Assembly: GCA_904419725.1 (NCBI GenBank)
Contig: CAJFSP010000002.1
Span: 1,305-65,304 of the forward strand
Source of the DNA: Candidatus Heteroclostridium caecigallinarum
GTDB lineage: Bacteria > Bacillota > Clostridia > Christensenellales > CAG-314
Length of the DNA: 64,000 nt
Direction of reading: 5' to 3'
Both the position numbers and the translations under genes were made by a program. The notes beneath the pieces were generated by a model. That model had not been told where the DNA came from, searched no databases, and saw nothing but the letters and a program-made list of their open reading frames with translations. Positions 56,796 through 64,000 of this stretch are shown here, in pieces (position 1 is the stretch's first letter; each line of letters starts with the position of its first letter).

Positions 56796-57536
56796 TCACG
56801 GGGCGCATCCGCCGCAAAAAGCGGCGTATTTGGCGAACTCCGACGTCGAGCAGTCGGACAGATTTATCCGCACTCCGCCCTTCTGCCGTCCGCGCGCCAG
56901 CAGATTTTTGACCGCGAGCGCCCCGGCGACGTGCTTAGCCAGTCCGGCGTTTCCGTCGTAAAGCGGCAGACCCAGCGCCGCCGCGAAACACCGCTTTTTC
57001 AGCACATAGTGCGTGCAGCCCAGAACCGCCGACGAAAACTCCGCCTTGTTTATCCCCGAAAACCGCTCCGCCAGGTATTCCGTCAGTTTTCCGTCGGACT
57101 CGCCCCTTTCTATCATACCCGCCGCCTCCGCCAGCGGAAAGACATACGCGCCGTCATGGCGAGCGACAAACTCCCTGAACGCCGCGCTCGACGCCGTGGC
57201 TTCCGTCACAAGCACCAGCGTCCTTTTCGGGGCGGGCTTCACCGCCGGCTGCAGCCCGAACACGGGCACGTCGGGATACGCCCGCCTGATGTCGCCGATG
57301 CACACCTCCGTCACCGTGTTGCACGCCACGACAATGGCTTTCGGGTTCGCCGCCGCGATTTTGTCCATGCTTCTCAGCGCCAGCAATCTGATTTCATCGT
57401 GGCTTCTGACGCCGTAAGGCGCGTTGAGATTGTCGGCGTAGTAGACGAAATCCTCAGCCGGCATGAGTTTTTCCATTTCTTTGAGCGTCGAGATTCCCCC
57501 GACGCCGCTGTCGAAAACGGCTATCTGTTTTGACAT
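56796..57536 (-). CDS. murI: Glutamate racemase, 246 aa
   Basis: ATG at 57536 after GAGGAG. Motifs VFDSGVGG, VVACNT, LGCTHY. Confidence 0.88.
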   Translation of the reverse strand: MSKQIAVFDSGVGGISTLKEMEKLMPAEDFVYYADNLNAPYGVRSHDEIRLLALRSMDKIAAANPKAIVVACNTVTEVCIGDIRRAYPDVPVFGLQPAVKPAPKRTLVLVTEATASSAAFREFVARHDGAYVFPLAEAAGMIERGESDGKLTEYLAERFSGINKAEFSSAVLGCTHYVLKKRCFAAALGLPLYDGNAGLAKHVAGALAVKNLLARGRQKGGVRINLSDCSTSEFAKYAAFCGGCAP

Positions 57537-57657
57537 ATATACTCCTCGGGTTTTATATTCTTTTTCATTTGTATGCCGCCGCAGGGCGCGAATATGTCGG
57601 CGGCGGCTCCGCATGCCGTAAGCGCCGCGATTTTTTGCGATAAATAATGAAATAATG

Positions 57658-57686
57658 TTGCTAAAAATAAAAATCTGTGATAAAAT
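57658..57686 (+). promoter_or_regulatory. Promoter of rpsT
   Basis: TTGCTA, 17 nt spacer, TGaTAAAAT. Confidence 0.55.
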
Positions 57687-57733
57687 GCCTTGGTAAAATG
57701 AACATTCAGCAAAAATTTTAAGGGAGTTTTGAA

Positions 57734-58282
57734 ATGCCTAACATTAAATCAGCGGAAAAAAGAGTAAGTGTTTCTTCGGCGAAAAAGTTGCAGAATAAAA
57801 TGGTTGCCTCTCAGATGCACACGGCAATCAAAAAATTCAACGCCGCGATAGCGGAAAACAACGTTGAACTTGCCGAAAAACTCATGTCCGAGGCGGCAAG
57901 CAAAATCGATAACGCCGCTTCCAAAAAAGTTATTCACAAAAACAACGCAAACCGTAAAAAGTCTCAGATTGCCAGGGCTCTGCACCAGCTGAAATCGGGC
58001 GTCATCGTGGTTAAAGCCGACGCCAAGACTTTGAAACAGGCCGAGCAGAAAGCCGCCGCGCAGAGAAAAGCCGAGGAAAAAGCGGCTGCCATCGCGGCTT
58101 GGAAAGAAGACAAAGCAAAGAGAGACGCCGAAAAACTCGCCAAGAAAGACCCTAAAGCGGCGAAGAAAGCGTCTAAAGAAAAGAAACCGGCAAAAGCCAA
58201 AACCGAAGTCGCCGCTCCTGAAGCGGAAACGGCTCCTAAAAAGAAGGCTTCCAAAAAAGCCAAAGCCGAAGACGCGGAATAA
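57734..58282 (+). CDS. rpsT: 30S ribosomal protein S20 with a ~95-aa Lys/Ala/Glu-rich C-terminal extension, 182 aa
   Basis: N-terminal MPNIKSAEKRV...HKNNANRKKSQ is canonical S20. The extension runs from about residue 88. Confidence 0.85.
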   Translation: MPNIKSAEKRVSVSSAKKLQNKMVASQMHTAIKKFNAAIAENNVELAEKLMSEAASKIDNAASKKVIHKNNANRKKSQIARALHQLKSGVIVVKADAKTLKQAEQKAAAQRKAEEKAAAIAAWKEDKAKRDAEKLAKKDPKAAKKASKEKKPAKAKTEVAAPEAETAPKKKASKKAKAEDAE

Positions 58283-58291
58283 TCCTGAATC

Positions 58292-58321
58292 AAAAACCCG
58301 GCGTAACGCCGGGTTTTTTTA
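58292..58321 (+). terminator. Terminator after rpsT
   Basis: AACCCGGCG-TAA-CGCCGGGTT followed by TTTTTT. Confidence 0.8.
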
Positions 58322-58338
58322 TTCCCCTTTCGCCGCGG

Positions 58339-58366
58339 CAAAAAAAAGAGCGCCCTTTGCGCTCTT
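58339..58366 (-). terminator. Terminator after nrdR
   Basis: AGAGCGC-loop-GCGCTCT with a U-run on the minus strand. Confidence 0.7.
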
Positions 58367-58367
58367 T

Positions 58368-58823
58368 TTATTTTTTATCAAGCATTTTTTTGAGTTCTTC
58401 CAGAAAACTGTTGCTGTCCTTGAACTGGCGGTAAACCGAAGCGAACCTTATGTACGCCACGTCGTCAAGTTCTTTAAGCCCGTTCATGACCATTTCGCCG
58501 ATTTTTTTTGAAGAAATTTCCTGTTCGAGCGAGTTGTAAATCTTCTTTTCTATCTTTGCCACCATTTCGTCTATGTCATGCATGGTGACGGGACGCTTTT
58601 CGCACGATTTGATTATGCCGTTTTTGATTTTGTTTACGTCAAACTGCTGTCTGCTGCCGTCCGCTTTGACGACGAGTATCGGCGTTGTTTCCACCGTTTC
58701 GTATGTGGTGAATCTCTTGCCGCACGAGTTGCACTCTCTCCTGCGCCGGATGGCGTTAAGTTCGTCCACCGGGCGCGAATCTATGACTTTCAGGTCGTCG
58801 CAGCCGCAAAAAATACATTTCAT
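58368..58823 (-). CDS. nrdR: Transcriptional repressor NrdR
   Basis: Zinc ribbon CIFCGC...CNSCGKRFTTYE plus an ATP-cone. Confidence 0.92.
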   Translation of the reverse strand: MKCIFCGCDDLKVIDSRPVDELNAIRRRRECNSCGKRFTTYETVETTPILVVKADGSRQQFDVNKIKNGIIKSCEKRPVTMHDIDEMVAKIEKKIYNSLEQEISSKKIGEMVMNGLKELDDVAYIRFASVYRQFKDSNSFLEELKKMLDKK

Positions 58824-58833
58824 TGCTCACCCC

Positions 58834-61800
58834 TCACTTGCGGAAGTAATCCACGCCGGCGGCAAACAGCCGCATGTCGTAGTTTCCGTCCACGTTTTTG
58901 TAAAGGTTGTCGCCGATACGTTCGCTGTGCCCCATTTTGCCGAGCACTCTGCCGTCCGCCGACGTTATGCCCTCCACCGAATATACCGAACCGTTCGGGT
59001 TATAAGGGCTTGCCATGGTGGCGTTGCCGTCAAAGTCGACGTACTGTGTGGCAATCTGCCCGTTTTTGACGAGTCTGTCAAGCCACTTTTCATCGCACAC
59101 AAACCTGCCTTCCCCGTGCGAAATAGCCACGTCGTACACTTCGCCCACTTTGACGTTGGCAAACCACGGCGACAGGTTGCTCGCCACCCTGATTTTCGCC
59201 ACTTTTGAGATATGTCTGCCTATATTGTTGAAAGTCAGCGTAGGCGAGTCTTCTTTGAGCGGAGAAATGGAGCCGTTAGGCACCAAACCGAGTTTGATGA
59301 GCGCCTGAAAACCGTTGCATATGCCCAAAATAAGCCCGTCGCGCTTGTTCAGCAGGTTTTCGATGCTCTCTTTAATATACGGGTTGGAAAACACCGTGGC
59401 GATAAACTTGCCCGAACCGTCAGGTTCGTCGGCGCCGGAAAAGCCGCCCGGAATGGCAAGTATCTGGCAGTCGTCTATCGCCCGCGCAATGACCTTGACA
59501 CTGTCGTTAATGTCCTTCGACGTAAGGTTTTTAAGCACGAAACTGCTTGTCACGCCGCCCGCTATTTCAAACTGCCTTGCCGTGTCGTATTCGCAGTTAT
59601 TGCCCGGGAACACCGGTATAAACACTCTCGGTTTAGCGACGTGCGCGGCGCTTGCCCTGCTTCCAGTGCTGTAAGAGAGGTTTTCCGCTTTGCCGGCGGC
59701 AGGCGCCGTCGTCGGATATACTTCTTCAAGCCTGCCCTTGTACGCCGCAAGTAAATCGCCCGCGGCGATTTCCTCGCCGCCCACGCGCACTTTGCCGTCG
59801 GAGTTGGTCACGCCCAGAAGAATTTTGTCTATGCCGTCAAGCAGACTTTCGTCGGCGGCGTCCACAATGATGTCGCCGTACATCGGGCGGAAGAAATCGG
59901 CGTTTTTCACGAAATCCACGCCCACGCCGTTGCCGAACACGCTCTTGGTGACGGCGGCGTACGCCCCGCCGTCTTCCGTGACGGTGGCGTATTTCACGTT
60001 GCCGCTCAGGATATTTTCGTTGACTTTATCATACAGCGCGAGGGCGTATTTCCAGTCAGGCGTATAATATTCGTCGTGGCGTACAGGCAGAAGATAAAGT
60101 CTGCGTCCGCTGCCGCGCAGCACGTTGTCGGTTATATCGGCGCACTTGGCTGTGCCTATGGCAAAGGAAATCAGCGTAGGCGGCACGTCGATGTTTTCGA
60201 AAGTCCCGCTCATGGAGTCCTTGCCGCCGATTGCCGCTATGCCCAGCCCCTTCTGCGCCTCGAAAGCGCCCAAAAGAGCCGACACCGGCTGACCGAAACG
60301 CTCGGGGTCGCCGCCCAGCCGTTTGAAAAACTCCTGCAGGCTGAGATATATGTCTTTTCTGTTTACGCCCGCTGCCGCCAGTTTGCTGACGCTTGTCAGC
60401 ACGGCGTACATACTGCCCACAAACGGACTGTTTTCGGTAAGATGCGGGTTAAATCCGAACGCCGCGACGCTGGCGGTGTCGCTGGTGTCTTCGCCGAGTT
60501 TCGCCGCCATGACGATTGAAGGCGTTTCCTGCGTTGTTCCGCCGTAAGGCAGCAGCACGCTTCTGGCGCCTATCGTGGAGTCGAAAGTTTCCACCATACC
60601 CTTTTGTGAACAAACGTTGAGACGACCGAGTTCCGCCGCGAGAGCCGCTTTATAGTCGTCCTTTTCCAGCGCTTTGACGACGGCGTCGTCAAGCGTATCG
60701 AAGAAAGAACACCTGTTTTCCTTTATGACAACGTCGTTTTTCTGTTTGACGCCGTTTGTGTCGAGAAAACTTCTCTCTATGTCGACAATGGCTTCTCCCT
60801 TAAAAAACATACGGAGTCTGCCCGTGTCGGTGATTTCCGCCACGTTTGTGGCGGCGAGGTTTTCCTCACCGCACAGACTCACGAATCTGTCGAGATTCGC
60901 CCTGTCTATAACAACCGCCATACGCTCCTGGCTTTCGCTTATGGCAAGTTCCGTGCCGCTGAGTCCCTCATATTTTTTAGGTACTTTTTCAAGATATATA
61001 TCGATACTGTCGGCAAGTTCGCCTATGGCGACGCTCACGCCGCCCGCGCCGAAGTCATTGCACTTTTTGATGAGTTTCGAGACTTCGGGATTCTTGAACA
61101 GCCTTTGTATTTTTCTTTCCGTCGTGGCGTTGCCCTTCTGCACTTCCGCGCCGCAGGTTTCCACCGATTTAAGGTTGTGCGACTTTGACGAGCCCGTGGC
61201 GCCGCCGCAGCCGTCCCTGCCCGTGGCGCCGCCCAGCAAAATGACGACGTCGCCTTTTTGAGGTCTGCTCCTGACGACGTTTTCTTCTCTGTTCTGCGCC
61301 ACCACAAAGCCGGTTTCCAGGCGTTTAGCCACATAATTCGGGTGATAAACTTCCTGCACGAAACCCGTGGCAAGTCCTATCTGGTTGCCGTAAGACGAAA
61401 AGCCCGCCGTGGCGGTTTTGGAAATCACCCTTTGCGGCAGTTTGCCTTTAAGGGTCTTGTCCACCGGCTGGGTGATATCCGCCGCGCCGGTAATGCGCAT
61501 GGCGTGATAAACATACGTCCTGCCGCTGAGCGGGTCTCTTATCGCCCCGCCGAGGCACGTCGCCGCGCCGCCGAACGGCTCGATTTCCGTAGGGTGGTTG
61601 TGCGTTTCGTTTTTGAACATCAAAAGATAATTCTGCGGAACGCCGTTTTCTTTAACGCTGACTTTCACCGAGCAGGCGTTAATCTCTTCCGACTCGTCGA
61701 GATTTTTCAGCATGCCGCGCTTTTTCATAAACCTGACCAGGCAAGTGGCAAGGTCCATCATGCACATATGCTTGCCGCGCGGGGCGGAAACTTCCTCGTA

Positions 61801-62553
61801 TATCTTTTTATAATCCTCAAACGCCTCGCCCACGCGCGGGTTGTCGGATATGATTTTGACGTCGGTCAGTTCCGTCGCGAAAGTGGTGTGACGGCAATGG
61901 TCCGACCAATATGTGTCAATAACTTTAAGTTCGGTAAAATACGGGTCTCTGCCCGATTTTTTGAAATAATCCCTTACAAACTCCAAATCGGCGACCGTCA
62001 TCGCGAAACCATTCGTGGCGTGATACTTTTCGATTTGTTCTTTGCCGAAGTCTATAAACCCGCGTACCTTTTCTTCCTGTCTGACGGGCTGAATTTCGTC
62101 TTTCAGCGTGGCGGGCAAATCCGGCGAGGCCTCTCTCATCTCTACCGGGTTTATGAGAAACTTCTCTATCCTTTCCTTGTCGGCGGCGGAAAGACTGTCA
62201 AAAATATAGACGTTCGCCGTTTTGACAAGCGGTTTGTCTTTAAGTGTCAGAAGCTGCGCGCACTGCGCCGCGCTGTCGGCTCTCTGGTCAAACTGACCGG
62301 GGAGATATTCGGTAATGATTACGGTTTTTCCGCTGAAATCCACGCTGTCGAACACCCTGTCGACAGGCGGCTCGGAAAACACCACGCTCACCGACTTTTG
62401 AAAATCCTCGTCGGACAGCCCCTCGACGTCGTATCTCAAGAGATATCTCATATTGCCGGCATCGATGCCAAGCACGTTGCGCACGTCGGAAAGAGTTTTT
62501 CTCCTGGCGACGTCGAAACCTTCTTTTTTCTCTACGTAAATGCGATGTATCAT
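58834..62553 (-). CDS. purL: Phosphoribosylformylglycinamidine synthase, single-chain large type, 1239 aa
   Basis: Length, AIR-synthase-like duplicated domains, and a C-terminal glutaminase (GICNGFQ). Confidence 0.9.
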   Translation of the reverse strand: MIHRIYVEKKEGFDVARRKTLSDVRNVLGIDAGNMRYLLRYDVEGLSDEDFQKSVSVVFSEPPVDRVFDSVDFSGKTVIITEYLPGQFDQRADSAAQCAQLLTLKDKPLVKTANVYIFDSLSAADKERIEKFLINPVEMREASPDLPATLKDEIQPVRQEEKVRGFIDFGKEQIEKYHATNGFAMTVADLEFVRDYFKKSGRDPYFTELKVIDTYWSDHCRHTTFATELTDVKIISDNPRVGEAFEDYKKIYEEVSAPRGKHMCMMDLATCLVRFMKKRGMLKNLDESEEINACSVKVSVKENGVPQNYLLMFKNETHNHPTEIEPFGGAATCLGGAIRDPLSGRTYVYHAMRITGAADITQPVDKTLKGKLPQRVISKTATAGFSSYGNQIGLATGFVQEVYHPNYVAKRLETGFVVAQNREENVVRSRPQKGDVVILLGGATGRDGCGGATGSSKSHNLKSVETCGAEVQKGNATTERKIQRLFKNPEVSKLIKKCNDFGAGGVSVAIGELADSIDIYLEKVPKKYEGLSGTELAISESQERMAVVIDRANLDRFVSLCGEENLAATNVAEITDTGRLRMFFKGEAIVDIERSFLDTNGVKQKNDVVIKENRCSFFDTLDDAVVKALEKDDYKAALAAELGRLNVCSQKGMVETFDSTIGARSVLLPYGGTTQETPSIVMAAKLGEDTSDTASVAAFGFNPHLTENSPFVGSMYAVLTSVSKLAAAGVNRKDIYLSLQEFFKRLGGDPERFGQPVSALLGAFEAQKGLGIAAIGGKDSMSGTFENIDVPPTLISFAIGTAKCADITDNVLRGSGRRLYLLPVRHDEYYTPDWKYALALYDKVNENILSGNVKYATVTEDGGAYAAVTKSVFGNGVGVDFVKNADFFRPMYGDIIVDAADESLLDGIDKILLGVTNSDGKVRVGGEEIAAGDLLAAYKGRLEEVYPTTAPAAGKAENLSYSTGSRASAAHVAKPRVFIPVFPGNNCEYDTARQFEIAGGVTSSFVLKNLTSKDINDSVKVIARAIDDCQILAIPGGFSGADEPDGSGKFIATVFSNPYIKESIENLLNKRDGLILGICNGFQALIKLGLVPNGSISPLKEDSPTLTFNNIGRHISKVAKIRVASNLSPWFANVKVGEVYDVAISHGEGRFVCDEKWLDRLVKNGQIATQYVDFDGNATMASPYNPNGSVYSVEGITSADGRVLGKMGHSERIGDNLYKNVDGNYDMRLFAAGVDYFRK

Positions 62554-62564
62554 ACCGTTCTCCG

Positions 62565-63821
62565 TTATTTGACGCCTATGTCAGTGCGGTAATGCATGTC
62601 TTTGAAAGAAATCTTTTTGACGTTGGCGTAAGCCTTTTCGCGCGCCTCGGCAAGGTTTTTGCCCATGCACGTCACGCCCAGCACCCTGCCGCCGTTGGTA
62701 TAATATTTTCCGTCCTTTTTGACCGTGCCGGAATGGAACACGACGCAGTCGTCGTCAATGTCACCGAACTCGATTTCGTATCCCTTTTCATAGGCTTCGG
62801 GATATCCGCCGCTGGCGATGATGACGCATATACTGGTGCGGTCTTTCCATTTGAGTTTGACCTGCGACAGTTTCTGGTCGATGACTTTGTTGAAAATGTC
62901 ATACAGGTCGTTTTCCAGACGCACAAGCACCGCCTGCGTTTCGGGGTCGCCGAAACGCGCGTTGTATTCCAGCACTTTGACGCCCTTGTCGGACACCATA
63001 AGCCCGAAGTACAGCACGCCTTTGAAGGTTATGCCCTCGCTGCAAAGAGCGCCAAGCGTAGGCAGGAAAATGTCGTTATACGCCTTTTTCATTTCGGTTT
63101 CGCCGAAACGCTGCGAAGGCGAAAAAGCGCCCATGCCGCCGGTGTTGAGTCCTTGGTCGTTGTCCAGCGCGCGCTTGTGGTCCTGGCTGGTCACCATAGG
63201 CAGAATCGTCTTTCCGTCGCAAAAAGCCAGAACAGACACTTCGTACCCTGTCAGGAATTCCTCAATGACAATCTGGTTGCCGCTCTTGCCGAATTTATGG
63301 TCCAGCATGATTTCGTTTACGGCTTTCGTCGCTTCTTTTTTGTCTTTGCAGATAATAACGCCCTTGCCCAGCGCCAGACCGTCGGCTTTGACGACGATAG
63401 GATACTCCGCGGTTTTGAGATATTCTTTGGCGGACCTGGCGTCGTCAAACACCTGATAATCGGCGGTAGGTATGCCGTATTTTTTCATCAGGTTTTTGGA
63501 AAACACCTTGCTGGCCTCAATCTGCGCGGCGTCTTTTGTCGGGCCGAACGCCCTGAAGCCGTTTTCGTTGAGCAGGTCGACAAGCCCCAGCGCCAGCGGG
63601 TCGTCCGGCGCGACAACCGTCATTGAAATGCCAGGATGAGCCTTGACAAATTCAAGTATCCCGTCCAGGTCGGTCGCCTTGATGTCGGGCAGACATTCGG
63701 CGATGTCGCTTATGCCGCCGTTGCCGGGCGCGCAATAGATTTTCGTGATGTCTTTGTTTTTTTTCAGAGCGTAGCAAATCGCGTGTTCGCGACCGCCGCC
63801 GCCGACAACCAGAACTTCCAT
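62565..63821 (-). CDS. purD: Phosphoribosylamine--glycine ligase, 418 aa
   Basis: ATG at 63821. N-terminus MEVLVVGGGGREHA and an ATP-grasp core. Confidence 0.9.
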   Translation of the reverse strand: MEVLVVGGGGREHAICYALKKNKDITKIYCAPGNGGISDIAECLPDIKATDLDGILEFVKAHPGISMTVVAPDDPLALGLVDLLNENGFRAFGPTKDAAQIEASKVFSKNLMKKYGIPTADYQVFDDARSAKEYLKTAEYPIVVKADGLALGKGVIICKDKKEATKAVNEIMLDHKFGKSGNQIVIEEFLTGYEVSVLAFCDGKTILPMVTSQDHKRALDNDQGLNTGGMGAFSPSQRFGETEMKKAYNDIFLPTLGALCSEGITFKGVLYFGLMVSDKGVKVLEYNARFGDPETQAVLVRLENDLYDIFNKVIDQKLSQVKLKWKDRTSICVIIASGGYPEAYEKGYEIEFGDIDDDCVVFHSGTVKKDGKYYTNGGRVLGVTCMGKNLAEAREKAYANVKKISFKDMHYRTDIGVK

Positions 63822-63935
63822 AAAATCCCCCATGTGTCGAAATTTACAATAATATAATAACAGCAAACCGCTTTGTTTTCAATAGCGAAAGCGAAAAAAA
63901 CGGCGAGGCGCAAAACAACCGCCCCGCCGCCTGAA

Positions 63936-64000
63936 TCAGTGTTTGAAATGCCTGTTTCCGCAGAAAAGCATGGCTATGCCGTTTTCGTCGCAGGCGTCGA
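63936..64000 (-). CDS. purH: Bifunctional AICAR transformylase/IMP cyclohydrolase, C-terminal end only
   Basis: The minus strand reads ...DACDENGIAMLFCGNRHFKH*, matching the PurH C-terminal RHF(R/K)H motif. Confidence 0.7.
   Translation of the reverse strand, partial: DACDENGIAMLFCGNRHFKH

Overview
The window is a GC-rich, Firmicutes/Clostridia-type chromosomal segment with about 70 genes, mostly on the minus strand. All calls rest on motif recognition, synteny and reading the DNA; no database search was possible.

Left end (1-9070): a phage-derived late-gene module that runs off the window. It contains TerL, portal, scaffold, an HK97-type capsid and P22-like neck genes. An ArpU/sigma-region-4-like regulator sits at its right edge.

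Most interesting signal: the regulator's divergent control region holds a perfect Firmicutes LexA (Cheo) box, TTCGAACATATGTTCGAA. No lysogeny or replication genes follow on that side. This suggests a late-genes-only, SOS-wired phage-like element, such as a defective prophage or a GTA/PBSX-like particle.

Rest of the window: housekeeping genes.
- DNA topology and replication: a ParE/ParC-type topoisomerase pair and a tandem-OB SSB-like protein.
- Cell wall: murG, murF, ddl, murI.
- tRNA and ribosome functions: tsaE-tsaB-rimI, rsfS, yhbY, obg, hpf, rpsT, an EF-G paralog.
- Cofactors: an FMN riboswitch with ribU, a TPP riboswitch with thiT, and a nadD-yqeK fusion.
- Redox and metabolism: nfnAB, nth, a cysteine desulfurase family gene, malic enzyme.
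- Stress: ctsR-mcsA-mcsB-clpC with two CtsR boxes.
- Energy: an eight-gene F-type ATP synthase operon.
- Nucleotides: nrdR and purH-purD-purL.

Other oddities:
- a 71-aa ATP synthase delta subunit lacking its N-terminal domain
- a MurF whose N-terminal domain is replaced by a polytopic membrane domain
- an S20 with a ~95-aa Lys/Ala-rich tail
- a degenerate orphan ABC ATPase
- a WYL regulator and small ORF inserted in the cell-wall cluster
- several apparently leaderless mRNAs
- a structured spacer between tandem terminators

No rRNA, tRNA, CRISPR array, transposase or integrase was seen.
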